DNA from: Macrostomum lignano
Lineage: Eukaryota
Direction: 5' to 3'
Length of the DNA: 64,000 nt
NCBI GenBank assembly: GCA_002269645.1
Contig: NIVC01003061.1
Span: 57,834 to 121,833 of the forward strand
Each line of letters opens with the position of its first letter. The first letter of the stretch is position 1. Positions 49,601 to 61,700 of this stretch are shown one piece after another. The notes beneath the pieces were generated by a model. The model saw nothing but the letters and a program-made list of their open reading frames with translations. It was not told the origin of the DNA and made no database searches. A program made the translations under genes and the position numbers.

Positions 49601-52600
49601 AGATGCTTGGTAGAAGCTGTGCAGTCGCGGATGCCCAGAGCTGTACGACACCTGCTTGCAGTCATTCTCGAGTGGGGCGAGCCGCAAGATGGAAAGGAGC
49701 TGTGGAACAGCTTCGCAGAGGACCTGTGCGAGGACTTCCGCTATCGCCACCCGGACCTGAGCGTCGAGGAAGTGACAGACATGGCACTGCGCGAAGTGCA
49801 GAACATGCTGACATCAATGGGCGGACGAAGCTTGGCAGAGTACGGGTTGCCTGCCGCGTCTGCTGCACCCTATGTTGGACCTCTGCAGTTCGACACCGCC
49901 GAGCAGGCTGAAATCGCGGAGATGCGAGTGCCGCAGCTGACCGACGAGCAGCGGGCTGCGTATGAGGCCATCACTGCTGACCTGAGTGCCGGCTCCGGCG
50001 GCCTGCACTTCGTGGATGCCCCTGCAGGAACTGGAAAGACGTTCTTGCTGGAGGTGCTGCTGGCCTTCGTGCGTGGCCAAGGCAACGTTGCCATTGCATT
50101 CGCTTCGTCTGGTATTGCGGCCACACTGCTGCCTGGTGGACAGACTGCCCATTCAGCGTGAGTTTCTTAAGTGAATAGTGCTTTATCTCAGATTTGTGCA
50201 TTGTTTTGTCTCAAGTTTCTGGTTAGGTTAGTCCTGCAAATCCAAAGAATGGATGAGCCATTTGGCGATATTGTCTGTTCCTTCGGCAGATTCGGAATTC
50301 CGGTTCGCCTGGTTCGGCAGGATGGAGATGTTTGTTCCATCGGCGCTCAGTCGCGAAAGGCTGCCCTGTTCAGGAACGCGAGTCTCATTGACTGGGATGA
50401 GATCTCCATGAGCAACCGGAAAGACTTGGAGGCTGTCGACCGGACACTGCGAGACGTGCGCAAGCAGAATGTTCCGTTCGGAGGGATTGTTTTCGTGTGT
50501 TGCGTAGACTTTCGGCAGCTGCTTCCGGTCGTTAAAAATGGAACCAGGGCGAACAACGTTGAAGCCTGTGCGAGCAGGTCCAAGCTGTGGAATTCATTCC
50601 GACGTCACAGGCTGACAGGAAACATTCGGCTGCATTATAGCTCTGATACTGCACTGTCGGAGCGGTACTCGCAGCTGCTGATGCAGGTAAATATTTGAAG
50701 AGTTTTAACTAGCGTTTATATTGGATTTCTTTTACTGTATATTTCGCATTGTATGTTTGTGTTCAACTATGTGATCATCTATTTCTTCAGATCGGTTCAG
50801 GTTCTATCCAGGAGGACTCGGAGGGCAATATTCCTCTTCCGCTTGAGATCCTGCTGCCGGAAGATGCCTCACTAAGAGATCTAATCGAGTTCGTGTATCC
50901 CTCTTTCGAAGCTTCTGACGCCAGAGACGGTTACTTTGCCAACAGAGCTATCCTGGCGCCTTACAACGAGGCCGTTGATGCCATCAACAATGAGTGCCTG
51001 GCCATGTTTCCGGGAAGCGTGCGGGAGTTTAAGTCCATTGACAGTGTGGCTGATGATGACTCAGCCACGCACTTCCCTCCAGAGCTACTCAATAGGTTGG
51101 AGGCACCGAACCTGCCGAAACACCTGCTCAAGTTCAAGGTGGGCATTCCGGTGGTGCTGCTGCGAAATATTAACCCGCCTCGGCTGTGCAACGGCACGCG
51201 GCTGATCGTCATGTCGCTGGGGGACAACGTGCTGCGCTGCAAGGTGGCGGCTGGCCAGTTCTCTGGCGACGAGATCCTGCTGCCCCGGATTCCGCTGCAG
51301 CCGAACAATGCCGATCTGCCTGTGTGCTTCAAGCGGCTGCAGTTTCCCGTGAGGCCAAGCTTCTGCCTGACTGTTCAAAAAGCTCAGGTAAAATAGCTGA
51401 TTATTTTTAACAGTTTTTACAAGTAAGTTATTTTGGAGGTGACATTTAAGCGAAATTTCAAATCGGATACATTTTACAGTGACAATCGCTGGAGACCGTT
51501 GGCATTGAACTCGTGGAAGGCTGCTTCGCCCACGGACAGCTGTACACAGCACTTTCTCGGGCTAAAGATGCTTCCAATGTTCGCGTTCGGATTTCCGGTT
51601 ACAAGACGAGGAACATTGTGTATCCAGAGGTACTGTCTGGAGATTAGACTTATCAGCTAAACGTGAGAGTGAGACTTATCATATATGGTTTTTTGATTTT
51701 ACCAGCAGGAAATTTTGAACTCCAGAAATTGCGTTCATTTTTAAAAAGGTAAAATACAATACTTATATGCTCAAAGCAATTGAGTAACAATTGGTTGTTA
51801 AGCTTGATTATATAGTTTCTCTGCAATATCATTTGCAACCGGGTTTCATGTTTGTTGCTGGTGCGAGTCACTGGTGGTGGTTTACCTTTTTGTTTTGCTA
51901 TTTGCAGTTGTGAGCGAAGTTCAAAAGTGCCGTTTCAATCTTAAGCAAATCATTATATTTTCTATCAATAGTACCATGTGTAAGCATTGTACATGACGTT
52001 GTACATTGTACATGACATGACGTTCTGAGAAATTTCAAAGAATAGGAAACAGAGAGAGAGAGAGAGTCAATTACTATGCAATTATAGCAAATGGTGAACA
52101 GTAGCGTAGGAAACTAGATTGAAGGTGTGCCACCTTAGCAGGTCGAAGTGCATTAATTGCTCAATATTTCGAAATTATTTTTGATTTCTTTGAGTACAGT
52201 TTTGCAACACATAAAACCCTAAAAATGTTAAACTATTGTAAACTACTTAGATGCTACGTATTTTAGTTACATATGTCCTATGTGACTAATTAATTATAAT
52301 TTACCATTCATTAATTTTTTAATCACAAAGTTCTATTAAATAGACTCAAAAAATCAAACTGAGACACATGAATTAACATCATATACTAAGGTCCAAGAAA
52401 TAATACTCATAATAAATATCTTGGACATTTGGACTTACGAAAAATAATCTTGCAATTAACAACGAAATTAGTTAAAAAAAATTTTCGCCGCTCCGATTCT
52501 GTTCACTGTAATTTGAAATGAGATTTTCCTAGAAATTCAGCATTTCAAATGTACAGTTTAACGCCCACAGGTACGTGAAACCACCGGATGCGACTTTGCA

Positions 52601-53136
52601 GTGAAATGCTTTGCCATTTGATACAAGTTACCCAACATTAGGTAGCCTGATCATTTAGCTAAATCCATAATTAGGCACAGCAGCTTTCAAAACTCCGAAA
52701 AAACGAATTAATCAATAAATATGTAAACTATTATATGAGAAAAATACTGCCGTGTCTAAAACAAAAAGCGTCGAGCATTTAACTAACCTCACACAGTGCA
52801 ATGAGAATTAAAAACAAAGATATTTTTATGGAAACTTTACACCATTTTTTACACTGTAAATTTTTTTACACTGTGAAAGGTTAATCAATGCTACTCACAC
52901 TTTTAGGGACTTTCACTGCACATTTTGTGGGCGGTGCTGCGCGCAATAATAGTTTCGCAAATTTGTATCAAAACCGCCAAACGGCAAACATGCGCGCAGT
53001 ACCCACTCAATAGAGTGTTCGTTTTTGGAAAGAATATTTAAATTGTAACTCGAGCAGACATTAGCTTTTTAAGTGCTTTGCTTATGAGAATTCAGCAGCC
53101 ACTGCAACGCAAATTACGCAATTTATCGTAAATAAT

Positions 53137-56100
53137 TGGATGGTTGTTGACTGGACGTATGGTTGTGACTGGATTGTTGCTGACTGGATGGTTGCTGACT
53201 GGATGGACGGTTGCTGACTGGATGGTTGCTGACTGGACGGATGGTTGTGACTGGATTGGTGCTGACTGGAATGGTTGCTGACTGGACGGATGGTTGCTGA
53301 CTGGATGGTTGCTGACTGGACGTATGGTTGTGACTGGATTGTTGCTGACTGGATGGTTGCTAACTGGATGGACGGTTGCTCACTGGATGGCTGCTGACTC
53401 GATGGCTGCTGACTAGATGGCTGCTGACTGGATGGTTGCTGACTGGATGTATGGTTGTGACTGGATTGTTGCTGACTGGATTGTTGCTGACTGGATGGAC
53501 TGTTGTTGACTGGATGGTTGCTGACTGGATGGATGTTTGCTGACTGGATGGTTGCTGACTGGATGGTTGCTGACTGGATGGTCGCTGACTGGATGGTTGT
53601 TGACTGGATGGGTGCTGACTGGATGGATGGTTGCTGACTTGATGGATGTTTGCTGACTGGATGGCTGCTGACAGGATGGCTGCTGACTGGATGGTTGCTG
53701 ACTGGACGGTTGCTGACTCGATGGATGGTTGCTGACTAGATGGTTGCTGCCTGGATGGTTTCCGACTGGATGGATGTTTGCTGACTGGATGGTTGCTGAC
53801 TGGACGGATGGTTGTGACTGGATTGTTGCTGACTGGATGGACGGTTGCTGACTGGATGGTTGCTGACTGGATGGTTGCTGACTGGATTGTTCCTGACTGG
53901 ATTGTTGCTGACTGGACGGACGGTTGCTGACTGGATGGTTGCTGACTGGATGTATGGTTGTGACTGGATTGTTGCTGACTGGATTGTTGCTGACTGGATG
54001 GACGGTTGCTGACTGGATGGTTGCTGACTGGATGTATGGTTGTGACTGGATTGTTGCTGACTGGATGGATGGTTGCTGACTGGATGGACTGTTGTTGACT
54101 GGATGGTTGCTGACTGGATGGATGTTTGCTGACTGGATGGTTGCTGACTGGATGGTTGCTGACTGGATGGTTGCTGACTGGATGGTCGCTGACTGGATGG
54201 TTGTTGACTGGATGGTTGCTGACTGGATGGACGGTTGTTGACTGGATGGTTGCTGACTGGATGGATGATTGCTGACTGGATGGTTGCTGACTGGACGGTT
54301 GCTGACTGGATGGATGGTTGCTGACTGGATAGTTGCTGACTGGATGGACGGTTGCTGACTGGATTGTTGCTGACTGGATTGTTGCTGACTGGATGGACGG
54401 TTGCTGACTGGATGGTTGCTGACTGGATGTATGGTTGTGACTGGATTGTTGCTGACTGGATTGTTGCTGACTGGATTGTTGCTGACTGGATGATTGGTTG
54501 CTGACTTGATGGACTGTTGTTGACTGGATGGTTGCTGACTGGATGGATGTTTGCTGACTGGATGGTTGCTGACTGGATGGTTGCTGACTGGATGGTCGCT
54601 GACTGGATGGTTGTTGACTGGATGGGTGCTGACTGGATGGACGGTTGCTGACTGGATGGCTGCTGACTGGATGGCTGCTGACAGGATGGCTGCTGACTGG
54701 ATGGTTGCTGACTGGACGGATGGTTGATGACTGGATGGTTGCTAACTGGATGGACGGTTGATCACTGGATGGCTGCTGACTCGATGGCTGCTGACTAGAT
54801 GGCTGCTGACTGGATGGTTGCTGACTGGATGTATGGTTGTGACTGGATTGTTGCTGACTGGATTGTTGCTGACTGGATGGACTGTTGTTGACTGGATGGT
54901 TGCTGACTGGATGGATGTTTGCTGACTGGATGGTTGCTGACTGGATGGTTGCTGACTGGATGGTCGCTGACTGGATGGTTGTTGACTGGATGGGTGCTGA
55001 CTGGATGGATGGTTGCTGACTGGATGAATGTTTGCTGACTGGATGGCTGCTGACAGGATGGCTGCTGACAGGATGGTTGCTGACTGGACGGTTGCTGACT
55101 CGATGGATGGTTGCTGACTAGATGGTTGCTGCCTGGATGGTTTCCGACTGGATGGATGTTTGCTGACTGGATGGTTGCTGACTGGACGGATGGTTGTGAC
55201 TGGATTGTTGCTGACTGGATGGACGGTTGCTGACTGGATGGTTGCTGACTGGATGGTTGCTGACTGGATTGTTCCTGACTGGATTGTTGCTGACTGGATG
55301 GACGGTTGCTGACTGGATGGTTGCTGACTGGATGTATGGTTGTGACTGGATTGTTGCTGACTGGATTGTTGCTGACTGGATGGACGGTTGCTGACTGGAT
55401 GGTTGCTGACTGGATGTATGGTTGTGACTGGATTGTTGCTGACTGGATGGATGGTTGCTGACTTGATGGACTGTTGTTGACTGGATGGTTGCTGACTGGA
55501 TGGATGTTTGCTGACTGGATGGTTGCTGACTGGATGGATGTTTGCTGACTGGATGGTTGCTGACTGGATGGTTGCTGACTGGATGGTCGCTGACTGGATG
55601 GTTGTTGACTGGATGGGTGCTGACTGGATGGATGGTTGCTGACTGGATGAATGTTTGCTGACTGGATGGCTGCTGACAGGATGGCTGCTGACTGGATGGT
55701 TGCTGACTGGACGGTTGCTGACTCGATGGATGGTTGCTGACTAGATGGTTGCTGCCTGGATGGTTTCCGACTGGATGGATGTTTGCTGACTGGATGGTTG
55801 CTGACTGGACGGATGGTTGTGACTGGATTGTTGCTGACTGGATGGACGGTTGCTGACTGGATGGTTGCTGACTGGATGGTTGCTGACTGGATTGTTCCTG
55901 ACTGGATTGTTGCTGACTGGATGGACGGTTGCTGACTGGATGGTTGCTGACTGGATGTATGGTTGTGACTGGATTGTTGCTGACTGGATTGTTGCTGACT
56001 GGATGGACGGTTGCTGACTGGATGGTTGCTGACTGGATGTATGGTTGTGACTGGATTGTTGCTGACTGGATGGATGGTTGCTGACTGGATGGACTGTTGT

Positions 56101-58745
56101 TGACTGGATGGTTGCTGACTGGATGGATGTTTGCTGACTGGATGGTTGCTGACTGGATGGTTGCTGACTGGATGGTTGCTGACTGGATGGTCGCTGACTG
56201 GATGGTTGTTGACTGGATGGTTGCTGACTGGATGGACGGTTGTTGACTGGATGGTTGCTGACTGGATGGATGATTGCTGACTGGATGGTTGCTGACTGGA
56301 CGGTTGCTGACTGGATGGATGGTTGCTGACTGGATAGTTGCTGACTGGATGGACGGTTGCTGACTGGATTGTTGCTGACTGGATTGTTGCTGACTGGATG
56401 GACGGTTGCTGACTGGATGGTTGCTGACTGGATGTATGGTTGTGACTGGATTGTTGCTGACTGGATTGTTGCTGACTGGATTGTTGCTGACTGGATGATT
56501 GGTTGCTGACTTGATGGACTGTTGTTGACTGGATGGTTGCTGACTGGATGGATGTTTGCTGACTGGATGGTTGCTGACTGGATGGTTGCTGACTGGATGG
56601 TCGCTGACTGGATGGTTGTTGACTGGATGGGTGCTGACTGGATGGACGGTTGCTGACTGGATGGCTGCTGACTGGATGGCTGCTGACAGGATGGCTGCTG
56701 ACTGGATGGTTGCTGACTGGACGGATGGTTGCTGACTGGATGGTTGCTGACTGGATGTATGGTTGTGACTGGATTGTTGCTGACTGGATGGATGGTTGCT
56801 GACTGGATGGACTGTTGTTGACTGGATGGTTGCTGACTGGATGGATGTTTGCTGACTGGATGGACTGTTGTTGACTGGATGGTTGCTGACTGGATGGTTG
56901 CTGACTGGATGGTTGCTGACTGGATGGTTGCTGACTGGACGGTTGCTGACTGGATGGATGGTTGCTGACTGGATAGTTGCTGACTGGATGGACGGTTGCT
57001 GACTGGATTGTTGCTGACTGGATTGTTGCTGACTGGATGGACGGTTGCTGACTGGATGGTTGCTGACTGGATGTATGGTTGTGACTGGATTGTTGCTGAC
57101 TGGATTGTTGCTGACTGGATTGTTGCTGACTGGATGATTGGTTGCTGACTTGATGGACTGTTGTTGACTGGATGGTTGCTGACTGGATGGATGTTTGCTG
57201 ACTGGATGGTTGCTGACTGGATGGTTGCTGACTGGATGGTCGCTGACTGGATGGTTGTTGACTGGATGGGTGCTGACTGGATGGACGGTTGCTGACTGGA
57301 TGGCTGCTGACTGGATGGCTGCTGACAGGATGGCTGCTGACTGGATGGTTGCTGACTGGACGGATGGTTGCTGACTGGATGGTTGCTGACTGGATGTATG
57401 GTTGTGACTGGATTGTTGCTGACTGGATGGATGGTTGCTGACTGGATGGACTGTTGTTGACTGGATGGTTGCTGACTGGATGGATGTTTGCTGACTGGAT
57501 GGACTGTTGTTGACTGGATGGTTGCTGACTGGATGGTTGCTGACTGGATGGTCGCTGACTGGATGGTTGTTGACTGGATGGGTGCTGACTGGATGGACGG
57601 TTGCTGACTGGATGGCTGCTGACTGGATGGCTGCTGACAGGATGGCTGCTGACTGGATGGTTGCTGACTGGACGGATGGTTGCTGACTTGATGGTTGCTG
57701 ACTGGATGGTTGCTGACTGGATTGTTGCTGACTGGATGGATGGTTGCTGGACGAATGGTTGCTGACTGGATGGTTGCTGACTGGATGGTTGCTGACTGGA
57801 TGGTTGCTGAATGGATGGATGGTTGCTGACTGGATGGTTGCTGACTGGATGGTTGCTGACTGGACGTATGGTTGTGACTGGATGGTTGCCGACTGGATGG
57901 TCGCTGACTGGACGGATGATTGCTGACTGGACGGATGGTTGCTGACTGGACGGATGGTTGCTGACTGGATGACTGCTGACTGGATGGTTGTGACTGGATG
58001 GTTGCTGACTGGATGATTGCTGACTGGATTGTTGCTGACTGGATGGACGGTTGCTGACTGGATGGCTGCTGACTGGACGGATGCTGACTGGATGGTTGCT
58101 GACTGGATGGTTGCTGACTGGATGGATGCTGACTGACGAATGGTTGCTGACTGGATGGATGTTTGCTGACTGGATGGTTGCTGACTGGATTGTTGCTGAC
58201 TGGATGGATGGTTGCTGGACGAATGGTTGCTGACTGGATGGTTGCTGACTGGATGGTTGCTGACTGGATGGTTGCTGAATGGATGGATGGTTGCTGACTG
58301 GATGGTTGCTGACTGGATGGTTGCTGACTGGACGTATGGTTGTGACTGGATGGTTGCCGACTGGATGGTCGCTGACTGGACGGATGATTGCTGACTGGAC
58401 GGATGGTTGCTGACTGGACGGATGGTTGCTGACTGGATGACTGCTGACTGGATGGTTGTGACTGGATGGTTGCTGACTGGATGATTGCTGACTGGATTGT
58501 TGCTGACTGGATGGACGGTTGCTGACTGGATGGCTGCTGACTGGACGGATGCTGACTGGATGGTTGCTGACTGGATGGTTGCTGACTGGATGGATGCTGA
58601 CTGGACGAATGGTTGCTGACTGGATGGATGTTTGCTGACTGGATGGTTGCTGACTGGATGGTTGCTGACTGGATTGTTGCTGACTGACGGCTGCTGACTG
58701 GACGGATGCTGACTGGATGGATAGTTGCTGACTAAATAGTTGCCG
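53137..58745. repeat. 5.6-kb satellite, 15-bp core TGGATGGTTGCTGAC with 19-bp variants and higher-order blocks
   Basis: Continuous tandem array. Rare variants recur at ~1381 and ~622 bp spacing; the block at 57744 repeats at 58212 (468 bp). Confidence 0.97.
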
Positions 58746-58761
58746 ACTTTAGAATAGCAAG

Positions 58762-61700
58762 TTAGCGGCTATCAGAATTCGCGGATGAGCACATTCTCAG
58801 CAAACGCTTTTGCTCATGCAACTGCGTCTGCACTTTTTGTGCAGAAAAAAGGCTCACGAAATTGTTGTAATCGCAACTTGATACTCGCAAATCTGCAAAT
58901 GCACGAACTCTACTCACCGCAGTATAAAATAATCCAGCTGGAATAGCTTTCCTGGCGCCTCCTTTGCTAAACGCCACGTACGCTTTTGGAATTGTAAGTC
59001 CTTGGCTCTTGTGAATCGTACTAGCCCAAGCCAATCGTAGTGGAAATTGTTGACGCGACAATTGGGCTCCTCCTTTAAACTTTTCATTCGTTACTGACAG
59101 AATTGGCACTACACGAATTGCACGATTATCTTGTACAATTGCCCCCATTGCTGGGCCAGAATAATTGTCAAATTCAACCCAAATACAATCTGGCCAATCC
59201 TTTGGTGATTGCCTTCCAGGAGCGTAGCAAATTCCTCGTACAGTTCCAACTGATCCATTCACAAGTCCATTGCGTACTGACAGATTTCTAGTTAGCATTA
59301 CTCGAGCACCAATACACAAATAGAGTCGCTTCTCCAGATTCGTATCCGATTTTTTATGTTCCTTCTTTTTGCCACACAATTTTGCTTCGTCTCCTTTACA
59401 AATTGCGTTAATTTGCCGCACAGGATTCAATTCGGAAACCATCTTTCCCAATAGCATGTAGTTGCGATTTCTCACATCCTCGTTAGTGTGATATAAAAAT
59501 GTACACCCGCTTTGGAAACCTTCAGGCAAAAGGTCGGGAGCATAGACGCGACAATTGTTCATCAACGAATTCCAGCAGGCTTCGTCGGCCTTGCCTTCGC
59601 GAAGTTTATCCAACAACTGGGCGAATTCCGTATCGTTTGCTTGTCGGACTTGTTCTGTCAGATGCACAACCTTTTTGAACTCCATGTACAATTTATAGCC
59701 TTCAGATTTCAATATATCGTGCTTCTTTTGATTTGGATTGTAAACGTACAGTTTGCGTGTCCAAAACTGAGGCAATTGAAACACGTCGCCAATTAGGATT
59801 ACAGATCGACCACCAAAACTCTGTTTACTGTGTTCTGGAAACAATTCGCGCAAACGAGCATCCACCTTACGGAGTAACCTTTGGCCAAGCATGCTAAATT
59901 CGTCAATAAAAATGTAGCGCACATCTTTCCACTGCTCTTGCATCTCCATTAGGGATTTCTTGCCAACACCAGCACTAAAATTTACATTCAATTTCAAAGC
60001 CGAGTGCAAAGTTTCGCCTGCAATATTGAAAGCGGCTACGCCTGTTGATGCCATAATTCTGCATCTTGATTCTCCAATCAACCGACGCAATGTAGAAATC
60101 AAGTAGCTTTTTCCAGTTCCAGCGCTACCATACAAAATTGCTTTGAGAGGCTCCGGCTTTTCGCCTTGGTTTTCTTCGGCTAGTCTTGAAAGCTGCAAAT
60201 GACTTTCAATTAGGTTGTACATTTCTCGCTGCCGAACATTAAGCGATTCAACACTGTTTATCGGCATGTCAGCGACCTCTCTTGCGCCAAGTTTTAGGTC
60301 GCTACTTAAAAAACGCCTTTGCTTCTCCAACCGTTGGAAACTGGCCGCCACTAGCTGCGCTCCAGTCAAAATTTTCTGGCGGCTTTGGCAATTGATCTTC
60401 TGGACAGGCCAATAGATTTCTCTCGCGATGAAGTGCCCCCACTGCAACCATCCAATCTTCTTGCTCTTCGTGCTCATAAGTTGGCTGAGCAGCAGATTGC
60501 GCATTTGCGTTGGTCATTTCGGGTAGCTCCGCAACTGCTTCGACTTCTTCGTCAGCTTCGTCGTTGCGCAAATCGTCCAAATTGGGCAGCTGCAGCTCGC
60601 ATCGATTCTCAGCAGGCATGGCTTCGTACGCTTGCTGCCAGCTTGTGTGCAAACCTTTGGCTTCTCGCTCATTTCGCCAACAACTGTACACAACAAAACC
60701 TGCTGCCGATAATAGCCTTCGCGTCTTTCGTCTGATTGCTCATTCGGTCGAAAAATGGACTGATTAGCAAAACTACTTGTTTCGGCCTTTTTGTGCACCT
60801 CCCATTAGGGCTGAGACAGTAGTCGGAAAAGAAACGAAACATTGTTACATTTTCCAAATTCTTTGCACGCTTTGAATACTTGTCGCAACTATTCCTGCAA
60901 ACACCCTTTTCCTCCACTGCGCGGGTTTCGCCAGTCTGAACAAAAACAAATTCTCGCGAACCCTTGTACATTGACGTCTGCAATAGCAAATGCATTGCCT
61001 CTTGCGCCGAATAATCACGCGCTCCAACTTGCGCCATCAAGTGTTGTTGTACAACACGCCTTGGCAGTGTTGCTACGCTGAAAATTGTTATCGGCATTCT
61101 GTTCTGCATTATCTTCCAACTCCTTATGAAGACGCTTTGTCAGCTCCGCCATATAATCCGACTCCTTTTCGCTTTTTGTCGCATACTTGATCAAATAGCG
61201 AATCAAATTCTTCACGGACGAAAATCATTTGAACATCGACATTGGCTCTCCACATGCACAGCAACTGCGGACTGTGAGAAATCATTCGCTCGTCGTTGCG
61301 CTGCGTCTCAACTTGCCAATTTAAACGGGATACTCGCTTTGCAACAGTCTTTTCCTGCGGCTCGCGCGGATACTTGAATCGGCACTCTTGTTTGCCTTTT
61401 ACTGTTCGCAAGCACTTTTACTGCAAATAGTGTGCCTCTCTGTCAAATGCGAAATTAACTGCAAATCTTGCTTGTCATTTTCAATCTCTTCCGGTTTCAG
61501 TTGAGCTGGATGACCTTGACCTGCTAAACTGCCATTCAAAACTTGATTTCCATAATCCGATTCGTCCATGGCCAAATTCCAACTACAGATGTACTTGTCA
61601 ACAAAAGCTCGTCAATTCTTCTGCATTCAATGTATTCGATGTCACATCAACACCATCTGGCATCCAAATGCAACCGTGAACGTGTGGACTTCCGCGACTC

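Larger units (their letters stand above)
41691..51647 (+). mobile_element. Canonical Helitron RepHel pseudogene, 11 exons: 41691-42402, 42585-43089, 43302-43370, 43595-44190, 46747-47507, 47754-48096, 48457-48766, 49140-50157, 50290-50686, 50791-51387, 51480-51647
   Basis: Zinc finger CQNCNA...CC; RYNLP; LFQQYLVD; GGPRYM...PDLFVTATCNPKW; ECQKR|GLPHVH (HUH); KYIIKY; helicase DAPAGTGKT, DEISM, DFRQLLP, RLCNGTRL, QFPVR...TVQKAQ, HGQLYTALSR. All junction phases fit. Nonsense codons at 46928, 47114 and 51480, plus frameshifts. Confidence 0.95.

Noticed and set aside
58762-60504. Stand-alone host PIF1 helicase gene (580-aa ORF)
   Set aside because: It continues, through frameshifts, into upstream HUH/Y2 Rep motifs, so it is the helicase part of a Helitron2/Helentron RepHel.
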